From positions 192,001-256,000 of the forward strand of contig CAWJEN010000003.1 of NCBI GenBank assembly GCA_963841915.1: a stretch of 64,000 nucleotides of DNA, written 5' to 3'. The stretch is from an uncultured Planctomycetota bacterium (GTDB lineage Bacteria > Planctomycetota > Phycisphaerae > Tepidisphaerales > Tepidisphaeraceae). A program made the translations under genes and the position numbers. Shown here piece by piece: positions 1 through 9,385 of the stretch (positions within the stretch are counted from its first letter, which is position 1; each line of letters opens with the position of its first letter). The notes beneath the pieces are model-generated. The model saw only the letters and a list, made by a program, of their open reading frames with translations. It searched no databases and was not told the DNA's origin.

Positions 1-1
1 C

Positions 2-193
2 GTCGCAGCCGACATGCCGATCGTGCTGTCGGACCACGCAGGCGTCCCTATCGAAGCGCGGGAGGCAATGGCCATGGCGGTGCTCGGAGCACTGGCCGAC
101 GACGGCATCGACATCACGCTTCGGCAGGTGACGGGGCGATCGGGCTCGGTAGCATCGGCCGGCCAGTGGATCCGCGGCCGAAAGACGACATGA
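2..193 (+). CDS. anmK: Anhydro-N-acetylmuramic acid kinase, C-terminal part (5' truncated by the window edge)
   Basis: Frame 2 reads ...GVPIEAREAMAMAVLGAL...TLRQVTG...*, matching the AnmK C-terminal EA-A-LG / VTG motif. Its TGA overlaps the murQ ATG (ATGA at 190-193). Confidence 0.8.
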   Translation, partial: VAADMPIVLSDHAGVPIEAREAMAMAVLGALADDGIDITLRQVTGRSGSVASAGQWIRGRKTT

Positions 194-1089
194 CCCTGCC
201 ACCTGATCGTTCGCATGTTCCGACCGAATCTCGCTTGGCAGAGGCGGCAGGTAGTGACGCGCTACCGACCGCTGACTACCTGCGGCTGATGAGCGACGGC
301 GACGAAGCTGCGGTCGCGGCAGTGCGGGCGATCATCCCCGACATCGCCGCATTGGTCGACGCCGTGGCCGAGCGGTATAAGCGGGGCGGCAGGCTCATCT
401 ACGCCGGGGCCGGCACGAGCGGACGGCTCGGCGTCCTCGACGCCAGCGAGTGCCCGCCGACCTTCAGTGTTGAGCCTGGCCGCGTCGTCGGCATCATCGC
501 AGGTGGCGACGGAGCCCTTCGCATCTCCTCAGAGGGACGAGAAGACGAGTACGACGGCATCTGCGACGCCTTTGAGACCTTGGCAGTCGCACAAGACGAC
601 ACTGTTGTCGGCATCACGGCGGGCGGCACGACGCCTTACGCGCTCGGGGCCATCGCTCACGGCGCCACGCGCGGCGCCATGACCGCGCTGCTCACCTGCG
701 GGATCGTGCCGAAGTCGCCGACGCCAGATCATGTGCTGCACGCACGCACCGGCCCGGAGGTGCTCGTCGGCTCGACGCGGCTCAAGGCAGGCACCGCGAC
801 CAAGCTTGTGCTCAACATGATCTCGACCGGCCTCATGGTGCGAATCGGCAGCACGCACGACGATCTTATGGTCAGCGTCCGGGCGACCAACGACAAGCTC
901 CGCGACCGGGCGGCAAGAACGCTGTCGTGGCTGCTGGAGGTCGATCGCGTCACCGCCTTCGACCTGCTCGAACGGGCCAACGGGAGCGTGAAAGTCGCGG
1001 CCGTCATGCACACGCACGGCACTTCTGCCGACGCGGCAGGTGAACGGCTTCGCGACGCTGGCAATCAACTTCGAGAGGCTTTGCAATGA
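190..1089 (+). CDS. murQ: N-acetylmuramic acid 6-phosphate etherase
   Basis: Motifs GAGTSGRLGVLDASECPPTF and GPEVLVGSTRLKAGTATKLVLNMIST. Start set at the ATGA overlap. Confidence 0.95.
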   Translation: MTLPPDRSHVPTESRLAEAAGSDALPTADYLRLMSDGDEAAVAAVRAIIPDIAALVDAVAERYKRGGRLIYAGAGTSGRLGVLDASECPPTFSVEPGRVVGIIAGGDGALRISSEGREDEYDGICDAFETLAVAQDDTVVGITAGGTTPYALGAIAHGATRGAMTALLTCGIVPKSPTPDHVLHARTGPEVLVGSTRLKAGTATKLVLNMISTGLMVRIGSTHDDLMVSVRATNDKLRDRAARTLSWLLEVDRVTAFDLLERANGSVKVAAVMHTHGTSADAAGERLRDAGNQLREALQ

Positions 1090-2591
1090 CCATCCTCGAC
1101 TGGCTGACGCTGGCGACGTATCTCGTCGTTGTACTCATCATCGGCTTCATCGCCGGCAGAAAGCAGACGACGGCGGACGATCTTTATGTCGGCGGTCGCC
1201 GCATGCCGACGTGGGCGGTGGGCGTGAGTGTGCTGGCGACCTCCGTCAGCGGCGTGACATTCATCGGCGGGCCGCAGGCGAGTTATGCCGGAAACCTCAC
1301 GTATCTTGCCACCTCGATCGGGACGGTGCTGGGCATGGTGCTCGTCGCCTGGCTGTTCGTGCCGAAACTGCACGCGTCGCGGACCGGAACGATTTACGGA
1401 ACGATTGGCGAACGCGTCGGCGGGCTCGGTCGCAAAGCATGTGCGGTGACGTTCCTCGGCGGCAGGCTGCTTGCCAGCGGCGTGCGGCTGTACGTGGCGG
1501 CCATTCCTTGCAGCCTCGTGCTGTTCGGAAACGACGCCGGCACCGGCGGACTGCTGGCAAGCGTGGCGGTGCTGTCGACTGTGGCCATTGCTTATGCCTC
1601 GTACGGCGGTATCCGCGCGGTCATCTACACTGATGCGCTGCAGGCGTCCGTGCTGGTTCTGGCCGTCGTGGCGAGCATACTCGTGCTGAGCGGGCAGATT
1701 CCGATCAGCTTCGGCGAAAGTGCCGACGTCCTTGCAGCCGCTAAAGACGCGGGCGGCAACGGTAAGCTGACGCTCTTCGACTGGAGGATGGACGTCACCG
1801 ATCCATTTTCCATGTGGGCAATCCTGACCGGCTTCGTGCTGATCTCGGCCGGTGCCTATGGAACCGATCACGACCTTGCCCAGCGGTTGCTGACCGCCAA
1901 AAGCCCACGCAGCGCGTCGCTTGCCCTTGTGGCGTCCAGCATTCTCGGCGTTGGCGTGACGGCGCTGTTCCTCGCCGTCGGGTTGATGCTGTTCGTTCGC
2001 GACGACACCCTCGGTATCGCGGGCGACGAAGACACGCGACGCGTTTACCTGTCGTTCATCTTGAGCGACTTGCCGATCGGCCTCCGCGGCCTCATCGTCG
2101 CCGGCCTCTTTGCGGCAGCGATGAGCAGTCTCGACTCAGCGCTCAATGCAATGTCGAGCTCGATTGTGCTCGACTTCGGCCACAAGGGCGAACACTCGGC
2201 CAGGATCGCACGGCTCGGCAACATCGGTTGCGGCGTCGCGCTGGCCGTCACCGCCGCCGTCTTTGCTCTCGCCGACGCGGGACGGGAAGCTGGCATCATT
2301 CCGCTTGCCCTTGGCGTCATGATCTACGCCTACGCCGGCCTGCTGGGCGTCTTCGTGAGCGTGCTGCTGCTCGGGCGAGGGTCGTCAATGTCCGTCCTGT
2401 TGGCCCTGATCAGCGGAGCTGCGACTGTGCTGGCGATGGAACACCTTCCCGCGATGGCAGAGCTGCCGACGCCATCCTTGGGGTGGCGGATGACGGTCGG
2501 CTTCATCGTCTCCCTGGTGGTCTGCGTGTCGCAACCGAGTCCGCCGCGTGCGGGCGACATCGAAGTCGCTTTAGCCGAGGAAGTGCAATGA
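1086..2591 (+). CDS. Sodium:solute symporter (SSS) family transporter
   Basis: Multi-TM protein with SVLATSVSGVTFIGGP, DLAQRLL and AAAMSSLDSALN motifs. Translationally coupled to murQ and nagZ. Confidence 0.9.
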   Translation: MTILDWLTLATYLVVVLIIGFIAGRKQTTADDLYVGGRRMPTWAVGVSVLATSVSGVTFIGGPQASYAGNLTYLATSIGTVLGMVLVAWLFVPKLHASRTGTIYGTIGERVGGLGRKACAVTFLGGRLLASGVRLYVAAIPCSLVLFGNDAGTGGLLASVAVLSTVAIAYASYGGIRAVIYTDALQASVLVLAVVASILVLSGQIPISFGESADVLAAAKDAGGNGKLTLFDWRMDVTDPFSMWAILTGFVLISAGAYGTDHDLAQRLLTAKSPRSASLALVASSILGVGVTALFLAVGLMLFVRDDTLGIAGDEDTRRVYLSFILSDLPIGLRGLIVAGLFAAAMSSLDSALNAMSSSIVLDFGHKGEHSARIARLGNIGCGVALAVTAAVFALADAGREAGIIPLALGVMIYAYAGLLGVFVSVLLLGRGSSMSVLLALISGAATVLAMEHLPAMAELPTPSLGWRMTVGFIVSLVVCVSQPSPPRAGDIEVALAEEVQ

Positions 2592-3532
2592 ACCTGTCGA
2601 ACCGACTCATTCTCGGCATCCGCGGCAGCCGTCCGGGTGACGAGCGACTGGAGCGTGATCTCGACGCGTGTGCCGAAGCAGGCGTGGCAGGCGTCATCTA
2701 CTTCACCCGCGACATTGCCACGAACGAGCCGCGGAACATCGAGAGCCCGCAGCAACTGGCTGATCTGTCGGCACACGTTCGGGAACGACTCGGTCACGAC
2801 GTCATCATCAGCATCGACCAGGAGGGTGGCCGCGTCGCAAGGCTGACGCCGCAGCAGGGGTTTGCGTCGCTGCCCTCGGCCCGCGAGTTGGCGATGATGT
2901 CGAGTCAGCAGCGCGAGGATGTCCTCGAGCTGAGTTGCCGCGAGATGAGGGCGTGCGGCATCACCGTCAACTACGCGCCGTGCGTCGACGTCGCCGTCGA
3001 TGCGGCAGGACCCGTTATTGCAGCTCTTGGCCGGACGTTCGGCCACGACGCGGCCACTGTCGTCCGCGTGGCAGATGACGTCATTGCCGCCCATCTTCGC
3101 AACGGCATCACGCCCTGTCTCAAGCACTTCCCCGGGCACGGCTCGGCGGCTGCGGACTCCCACCTTGAGCTGCCGGACGTCACGCAGACATGGCAGCGTG
3201 AACTCGAGCTCTCGCCGTTCGAGGAGCTGATCCATCGGCACGACGACCAGCTCTGGGTGATGACCGCGCACCTGCATCTTCGACAACTCGACCAAACCTT
3301 GCCGGCAAGTTTGAGCCGCCGCGTCTCCACTGAGCTGCTATGCGACGAACTGCTTTTCACCGGCAGGATCGTGACGGACTCGCTCGACATGGCCGGTGCG
3401 CGGGCTGGCGGAGCATTGGCGCAGACGCTGCAACGTGCCACCGACGCCGGGGCGGACTATCTGCTGCACGGGTGCAACAGCCCGCTTACGGAGTACGCGG
3501 TCGACGTCGTCGCCGCGGCTCGACCACAGTAG
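2588..3532 (+). CDS. nagZ: Beta-N-acetylhexosaminidase (GH3)
   Basis: IDQEGGRV, KHFPGHG-x4-DSH and TDSLDM motifs. Start at the ATGA overlap 2588-2591. The C-terminus looks slightly short. Confidence 0.88.
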   Translation: MNLSNRLILGIRGSRPGDERLERDLDACAEAGVAGVIYFTRDIATNEPRNIESPQQLADLSAHVRERLGHDVIISIDQEGGRVARLTPQQGFASLPSARELAMMSSQQREDVLELSCREMRACGITVNYAPCVDVAVDAAGPVIAALGRTFGHDAATVVRVADDVIAAHLRNGITPCLKHFPGHGSAAADSHLELPDVTQTWQRELELSPFEELIHRHDDQLWVMTAHLHLRQLDQTLPASLSRRVSTELLCDELLFTGRIVTDSLDMAGARAGGALAQTLQRATDAGADYLLHGCNSPLTEYAVDVVAAARPQ

Positions 3533-3586
3533 ATCGAGTCGTTGCCTCCTCTCAAAGCCGCTGAAGCGAGCTGGCCACGATCGACT

Positions 3587-4087
3587 TCAGTCATCTGGCT
3601 GCTCCAGCAACGCAGCGGCGGCACCAAGCCGGTCGGCGTACTGGCTAGCTTCTGCCGGAGAAAGATCCAACGTCGCCAGCAGGTCGACCTGCCAACGATT
3701 ACCGATCCGCCGAAGGATGAACGACGACGGCCGCCCGTCTGCGTCTCCGGCCGGTGTGACGGTGGCCGTGTCGCCGCTGATGACAATGTCGGCATCATCA
3801 TCCGATAGAAGCGGTAACTGCGTCAGATCATCCGGATCTAACCCGGCCGCGACCGTCTCGGCGAAGCGGCCGGCGAGCAGGCGCTGCTCGTCTTGCTGGA
3901 TCACGCACGCGATCGTCTCCGCCGGGTGGCCGACGCTCAAGCAATGGGAGAAGCTCGCTATCGCTTGACGCGGCGAGTCAAGATTTACACCTTCAGGAAG
4001 CGGCTGCGTTCGCAGCAGATACCATCCGCCCGCGACGGCTGCGATGACCCACCCGACGAAAATGAGGAGAAGGGCCCGTCGCGACAC
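3587..4087 (-). CDS. Hypothetical N-terminally membrane-anchored protein
   Basis: N-terminal hydrophobic helix. TAGGAT lies 5 nt upstream of the GTG. Confidence 0.6.
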   Translation of the reverse strand: MSRRALLLIFVGWVIAAVAGGWYLLRTQPLPEGVNLDSPRQAIASFSHCLSVGHPAETIACVIQQDEQRLLAGRFAETVAAGLDPDDLTQLPLLSDDDADIVISGDTATVTPAGDADGRPSSFILRRIGNRWQVDLLATLDLSPAEASQYADRLGAAAALLEQPDD

Positions 4088-4115
4088 GCTCGATCCTAGC
4101 CCACCAGCACACCTT

Positions 4116-5024
4116 CTAAAGCGCCGTCACTCGCGCACCTTTGGGCCAGGGTCTGCCGTTGACGTAGTCGCTCAGTAACATTGGTCGTCCGCCTTCGGGC
4201 TTGAGTTCGAGGACGTGAAGACTCCCGTCTCCGGTGCCGATCATGCCTTCGCTGTCGATGGTGCCGACCTTGCCAAGCGTTGCTTTCGCTTCTGCGCGAA
4301 GGAGTGTCATCGGCCGATCCGACACTGAAATGCGGCAACCCGGCCAAGGCGACAACGCGTTGATTTGCCTCGTCAGTTCCACAGCCGATCGGTTGAAGTC
4401 GAGCATGGCGTCGACGCGCGATAACTTGCCCGCGTGGGTCGCCTGCGACTCGTCCTGCACAATTTCGACTGCCGTCCCCCGGTGCATATCGCTCAGCACC
4501 CGCAGCACCAGCGACGGTCCTGCCGCGGCGAGGCGGTCGTGCAACTCACCCGTTGTCTCGTTCGTCAGCGCCGGAAGCTCGCCTTGCCTCAGAATTGCTC
4601 CGGCATCCATCCGCTCTGCGAGCCGGATGACGGTGTTGCCGACCGGATCGTCACCGTGATACAGCGCGTGATGAATCGGGGCTGCGCCTCGGTGCCGAGG
4701 AAGAAGACTTGCGTGCAGGTTCATCGCACCGAGCCGCGGGGCGTTGGCTTGCTCCTGACTGATCTTCTGACCGAATGCAATAACAACAAGAGCATCGGCC
4801 TCGGGAAGTTGTTCGTCGTTGAACCGCTCGGTGCGAACCACGTCCAGCTCGGCCTCCTCGGCCCAAGCCGCAATTGGCGTCGACGTGAGCTTCTTGCCAC
4901 GACCGGCGGGGCGATCGGGCTGCGTGTAGACGCGCACGACATCGTGATTGGCAACGAGTGCCTCGAGCGTCGGCTGGCCGAACGCGCCACTGCCGGCAAA
5001 GAGCACCTGTAGGCGTTTAGACAC
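4116..5024 (-). CDS. fmt: Methionyl-tRNA formyltransferase
   Basis: YTQPDRPAGRG, NLHASLLPRHRGAAPI and MDAGAIL motifs. Overlaps def. Confidence 0.95.
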   Translation of the reverse strand: MSKRLQVLFAGSGAFGQPTLEALVANHDVVRVYTQPDRPAGRGKKLTSTPIAAWAEEAELDVVRTERFNDEQLPEADALVVIAFGQKISQEQANAPRLGAMNLHASLLPRHRGAAPIHHALYHGDDPVGNTVIRLAERMDAGAILRQGELPALTNETTGELHDRLAAAGPSLVLRVLSDMHRGTAVEIVQDESQATHAGKLSRVDAMLDFNRSAVELTRQINALSPWPGCRISVSDRPMTLLRAEAKATLGKVGTIDSEGMIGTGDGSLHVLELKPEGGRPMLLSDYVNGRPWPKGARVTAL

Positions 5025-5598
5025 GTCTCGCTCCTGCTGCAGTCTTCTTCTGGTAGTCGGCCTCCAGCAGCTTCATTTGCTTACGACTGGCCATCTTTGC
5101 GGTCGGCGGCATCTTGTCGGTGATGAGAATGCCATCGAGGTGGTCAACCTCGTGCTGCCAGACGCGAGCGACAAAGTCTTCGCCAACTTCGCTGATCGCG
5201 TTGCCTTCGACGTCAAGTGCGTCCATTTGCACCCGCGTCGCGCGAATGACAGGTGTCCTAATCTCCGGCAACGACAGGCAACCCTCTTCGTCCTCGGCGT
5301 CTCCTTCAACCTCCGACAGCTTCGGGTTGATGTAGATGCGATCGTCACCCGCCTTGCCGGTAGCGTTCATGACGAACATGCGAATGGCTAGCCCGGCCTG
5401 CGGACCGGCGAGGCCGACGCCTTCGTGCTGACGCATCATTTCCAGCATCCGCTCGCCGATCGCCTTAAGCTTCTGGGGCATGTCACTGTCAAAGCTGCCG
5501 ACGGGCTTGGCTCGCTTCTTCAAAAGCGGATCGGGATATAGCACCAGCCGAAGCGTGTCCGGCGAAGGTAGCGGCGGGGTCTGGTCGTCCGTCGGCAT
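5017..5598 (-). CDS. def: Peptide deformylase
   Basis: GVGLAGPQ, EGCLS and QHEVDHLDG motifs. Confidence 0.96.
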   Translation of the reverse strand: MPTDDQTPPLPSPDTLRLVLYPDPLLKKRAKPVGSFDSDMPQKLKAIGERMLEMMRQHEGVGLAGPQAGLAIRMFVMNATGKAGDDRIYINPKLSEVEGDAEDEEGCLSLPEIRTPVIRATRVQMDALDVEGNAISEVGEDFVARVWQHEVDHLDGILITDKMPPTAKMASRKQMKLLEADYQKKTAAGARRV

Positions 5599-5622
5599 CG
5601 CGTTCAGGGTAGGGCGATGAGG

Positions 5623-5814
5623 TCACAGACGTTGTAGCGTCAGCCCGCCGTCGACGTGCACGACACTGCCGGTCGCATAGGTGAAGTCGCCACACAAGGC
5701 TGCCACGGCTTTGGCGACGTATTTGCCGTCGATGGTGAAAATGGGCGTCTTGCCCTTACGGTCGGCTGCGGTAGCCACATCCGCGGGCTCCAGCGTCTCG
5801 TCGATGTCGATGAT
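5623..5814 (-). pseudogene. Short remnant ending in an SDR oxidoreductase C-terminus
   Basis: Ends VAKAVAALCGDFTYATGSVVHVDGGLTLQRL, a typical SDR tail. No Rossmann fold, and no ATG/GTG/TTG start in this stretch. Confidence 0.5.
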
Positions 5815-5848
5815 GGGAGCAGAGTAGAGCAGCCGACTAGTCTGGGGA

Positions 5849-6910
5849 ATCGTCGAGCCACTGCGCCCAACCTCCCTTGCGATCGTGATGCCGACGTGGC
5901 TGGGCGACTGCGTGATGGCCACGCCATTGCTGCGGGCGCTGCGGGCGGGTCTGCCACAAACACAAGTCGTAGCCGTATGTTCGAGAGGAAACGCACACGT
6001 CTTGAGCGCGCTGCCGTCGATCGACCGCTACCTGACGTTCAACGGCAAACCGTCGCCGTGGTCGATTGCAACGCTGCTGCGGTCGACTGAATGCGAGGCA
6101 GTGTTGCTGTTGCCCAATGCGTTTCGAGCCGGACTCGCTGCATGGCTGTCGCGCATTCCACGACGCGTCGGCTACGCCCGCGACGGCCGCACGTTGTTGC
6201 TGACGCACCGCGTAGCTGCGCCACGATTGAAGAAAAAGCACGCGATCGTGCCCGCGGTGCGACACTACTTGAAGCTGCTCGAACCGTTTGATCTGCCAGA
6301 GCGAAGCAGACGGCTCGAGCTTTTGCTGTCCGATGATGACGCTGCCGCAGCACATCGTGTGCTCGACGAAGCAAGACTTGCATCAGGCGCAGCAGCAACA
6401 AAGCCACTCGCCGTCTTCGTCCCGGGTGGTCACTACGGCAGCGCCAAGCTCTGGCCGGCCAAGCACTTCGCCGACCTGGCCGATCGCCTCGCCGCCGACG
6501 GCTTTGCCGTCGGCCTCAGCGTCGCGCCGGGTGAACGAGCCACGAGTGACGCCATCGTCGCTGCCGCTTCGTCGCCTGTCGTCGACCTGTCCCGACACGG
6601 CCTCGACCTCGCATCGCTCAAAGGCGTCATCACCCGCGCTGCCGTCGTCGTCACGAACGACACCGGCACCCGCCACGTCGCAGTCGGATTGAACAAGCCC
6701 GTCGTCACGCTCTTCGGCCCAACCGACCCGAAGCGCACGACACTCGATTACCCGCTCGAACGCGAGCTGTGGCTTGACGACGTCCCGTGTCGGCCGTGTC
6801 AGCTCAAGCAGTGTCCACTGCCTGAGCCACAGACGCAGCAATGCCTGCGCGACCTTTCACCGCAGATGGTGCATGACGCGGTTCGTGAGGTGCTTAGTCT
6901 AAGGAAGTGA
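5849..6910 (+). CDS. waaF: Lipopolysaccharide heptosyltransferase II (GT9)
   Basis: LAIVMPTWLGD, PGGHYGSAKLWP and TNDTGTRHVA...LFGPT motifs. Start uncertain: first GTG at 5885, ATC at 5849. Confidence 0.85.
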   Translation: MVEPLRPTSLAIVMPTWLGDCVMATPLLRALRAGLPQTQVVAVCSRGNAHVLSALPSIDRYLTFNGKPSPWSIATLLRSTECEAVLLLPNAFRAGLAAWLSRIPRRVGYARDGRTLLLTHRVAAPRLKKKHAIVPAVRHYLKLLEPFDLPERSRRLELLLSDDDAAAAHRVLDEARLASGAAATKPLAVFVPGGHYGSAKLWPAKHFADLADRLAADGFAVGLSVAPGERATSDAIVAAASSPVVDLSRHGLDLASLKGVITRAAVVVTNDTGTRHVAVGLNKPVVTLFGPTDPKRTTLDYPLERELWLDDVPCRPCQLKQCPLPEPQTQQCLRDLSPQMVHDAVREVLSLRK

Positions 6911-7455
6911 GCAAAGAGGGCATCATCATCGTTGATCACGGCAGCCGGCGTCCGCAGAGCAATGAGATGCTCGAGCACGTCGCCGCCTCCTATGCCGCAC
7001 GCTTCGCGCATGGTGGCGTCGTCGAGCCAGCGCACATGGAGCTGGCGATGCCCGACATCGCCGCCGCGTACGCAAAATGCGTCGATCGGGGCGCGACGCG
7101 GATCACGCTGCTGCCGTTCTTCCTGGCGCAAGGCAAGCACTGGACGAAGGACATTCCCTCGCTCGTCAGTCAGGCAGCCGAGGCTCACGCCGGGACAACC
7201 TACCGCATCGCCGAGCCGCTCGGCCTCGACGACCTCATCCTCGACCTGCTACACAAGCGGTTCAACGCCGCAGACGAGCAGCTGCAACTCGATGCCGGTC
7301 AACAGGATCCTCGCCTGGTCGACTTGCCGCCGACCGAGCGACGCGTGCAGTGTGCGACGTGCCCGTTCACCGTCGACGCCGCCGGAACCATCCAACTGCG
7401 ACCCGACCGCGGCATCACGCTTCAACAACTCGCGGCCCGCGCCGCAACAGCTTAG
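6907..7455 (+). CDS. CbiX/SirB-family sirohydrochlorin chelatase
   Basis: IIVDHGSRR, AHMELAMP and PFFLAQGKHWTKDIP motifs. Extra C-terminal CATCPF. GTGA overlap with waaF. Confidence 0.85.
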   Translation: MSKEGIIIVDHGSRRPQSNEMLEHVAASYAARFAHGGVVEPAHMELAMPDIAAAYAKCVDRGATRITLLPFFLAQGKHWTKDIPSLVSQAAEAHAGTTYRIAEPLGLDDLILDLLHKRFNAADEQLQLDAGQQDPRLVDLPPTERRVQCATCPFTVDAAGTIQLRPDRGITLQQLAARAATA

Positions 7456-7470
7456 ACTGCTGGCGTGCAC

Positions 7471-7544
7471 GCAGCCGTAGCTCAACTGGACAGAGCAGCG
7501 GTCTTCTAAACCGCAGGTTGTGGGTTCGAGCCCCACCGGCTGCA
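7471..7544 (+). tRNA. tRNA-Arg (anticodon TCT)
   Basis: Acceptor stem GCAGCCG/CGGCTGC, anticodon arm GCGGT-CTTCTAA-ACCGC, T arm GTGGG-TTCGAGC-CCCAC. CCA is not encoded. Confidence 0.95.
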
Positions 7545-7556
7545 TCACAGGACGCC

Positions 7557-8306
7557 GTGCCCATCACCATCGTCATCCCGACGCTCAACGAGGCCGACAA
7601 CCTGCCGCGGACGCTGGGCACGGCCCGCGACCACGCTCAACATGCTTTCGACGTCATCGTAAGTGATTGCGGGAGCACGGATTGCACACGCGACCTCGCC
7701 GCCGAATTGGGCGCTATTGTCGTCCGAGGCGGCACGTGCCGGGCACACGCGATGAACCTGGGAGCGGGCGTTGCCAAAGGTGATGTGCTGCTGTTCCTCC
7801 ACGCCGACACGCGTCTTCCGCCCGGGTGGGACAGTTCCATCATGAACAGGTGCAAGGACTTACGCGTCGTCGGTGGGGCGTTCGACTTCTCCTTCTGCGG
7901 CCACGATCAAGCTCGCGGACTTCGGCGGCAGGGCCTTCGTTTCGTCCAGGCCCTCAACCGTGGCCGGTTCCGCATCACCGGTGCCCACTACGGCGATCAG
8001 GCTATCTTCTGTCGCCGCAGCGTCTTCCGCCAGATCGGCGGCTTCGATCGCCTCCCAATCCTGGAAGACGCTCGCTTCAGCCAGAGACTCGCCCGCGTCG
8101 GCCGCACCGCGATCCTGCAGCCGCCGGTCAAGACCTCGCCACGCCGCTTCCTTGAGCGAGGCGTCTTTCGACAACTTGCGTCTAATCTCAAGATCGTCGC
8201 CCGCGACAGCCTCGGCCTGCACCTCGATCAGCACTCGGGCCACTACCGTGATCTCAACGCCGGTGGTCATGCCGTCTCCGCTTTTGCCGTCGTTCCACCA
8301 CGTTAA
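7557..8306 (+). CDS. GT2 glycosyltransferase (TIGR04283-like)
   Basis: IVIPTLNEA, DCGSTD, LFLHADT, YGDQAIF, ILED and TSPRRF motifs. Confidence 0.85.
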   Translation: MPITIVIPTLNEADNLPRTLGTARDHAQHAFDVIVSDCGSTDCTRDLAAELGAIVVRGGTCRAHAMNLGAGVAKGDVLLFLHADTRLPPGWDSSIMNRCKDLRVVGGAFDFSFCGHDQARGLRRQGLRFVQALNRGRFRITGAHYGDQAIFCRRSVFRQIGGFDRLPILEDARFSQRLARVGRTAILQPPVKTSPRRFLERGVFRQLASNLKIVARDSLGLHLDQHSGHYRDLNAGGHAVSAFAVVPPR

Positions 8307-8435
8307 ACCCAATCGACGTGTCGTGGACACGAACGTCAGTCGTCCGGACGAATACATGCAAGCTACAAGTTGTGTCGTAGGCGGCGAGCACGCATTTGCG
8401 TACCTTGCACCGCCGCCGCCTGACAGCTCCCGCTC

Positions 8436-9239
8436 ATGTCCGCCACGCTGCCCGCCGATTCCGATGCCCCACCCGCGACGGACGAGGCCTCGGACGAGAC
8501 CTGCATCGAGCAACAAGAAGCTAAAGCCGGCCGCGGGTTCAAGTGGTGGCATGCAGCCGTTCTTGTGACCATCATCGGCGCTGCGGCGGCGGCATTCTAC
8601 CTCCTGCCCGTCGCTGACTGGCTCCGCGCCGCCATCGGCTGGATCGACGACCTCGGCTGGATCGGCCCCAGTGTCTTCGTCGGCATCTACGCCCTGGCGA
8701 CCATTCTCGGCGCACCGTCGACGCCGCTGAACATCGGCGCTGGTCTCGTCTTCGGCGTTATCTGGGGGGCCGTCACGGCCACCATCGGAGCGACGATTGG
8801 GGCGACCCTGTCGTTCCTGCTCGCCCGCACGATGCTCCGCGACTGGGTGCAGCGCAAGCTCGATGCCTACCCGACGTGCGACAAGGTGCTGTCCCATTGC
8901 GAGAAGGAGCCGTGGAAGTTCATCATGATGCTGCGTGCCCACCCGCTCCTGCCCGGGCCGCTCAAGAACTACTCGCTGGGCACAACGAACGTGAAGCTGT
9001 GGATCTTCACCGCCGCGACGCTGCTCGCCTGCATGCCGACGCGCATCATGTACGCCTACCTCGGCAGCGCCGGGCACATGACGCTCAAGAGCGGCAACGA
9101 GGGCGATGAAGGCATCAGCACCGGCGACTGGATCACCTACGGCCTCGGCTTCGCTGTTGCAATCACCCTGACCGCCGGCCTGACATGGTTCGTCAAACGC
9201 AAGCTGAACAAGATCGAGGAGCAGGAGGACGCGGGGTGA
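8436..9239 (+). CDS. TVP38/TMEM64 (DedA/VTT) family membrane protein
   Basis: PSTPLNIGAGLVFG, GATLSFLLAR and LRAHPLLPGPLKNYSLG motifs. Confidence 0.88.
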   Translation: MSATLPADSDAPPATDEASDETCIEQQEAKAGRGFKWWHAAVLVTIIGAAAAAFYLLPVADWLRAAIGWIDDLGWIGPSVFVGIYALATILGAPSTPLNIGAGLVFGVIWGAVTATIGATIGATLSFLLARTMLRDWVQRKLDAYPTCDKVLSHCEKEPWKFIMMLRAHPLLPGPLKNYSLGTTNVKLWIFTAATLLACMPTRIMYAYLGSAGHMTLKSGNEGDEGISTGDWITYGLGFAVAITLTAGLTWFVKRKLNKIEEQEDAG

Positions 9240-9338
9240 TGTCCGACGCGAAGATATAGGCTCGCAACCCCTTTGTATGCCCACACGCGGGGTGATGTCC
9301 GACGCAAAGATATAGGCTCGCGACCCCTTTTTATGCCC
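9229..9338. repeat. Two ~54-bp direct repeats (period 56) that include the DedA stop codon
   Basis: ACGCGGGGTGATGTCCGACGC(G/A)AAGATATAGGCTCGC(A/G)ACCCCTTT(G/T)TATGCCC at 9229-9282 and 9285-9338, with 3 mismatches. Confidence 0.95.
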
Positions 9339-9385
9339 GTCGAGCCATCAGACCTCACTGACAATCCTGACGTACAGACGAACCC

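Noticed and set aside
1814..2587. N-terminal extensions in the ORF track for nagZ, the GT2 gene (7077), astA (33988) and the 29705 gene (30856)
   Set aside because: They overlap other real genes or the tRNA; homology and coupling indicate downstream starts.
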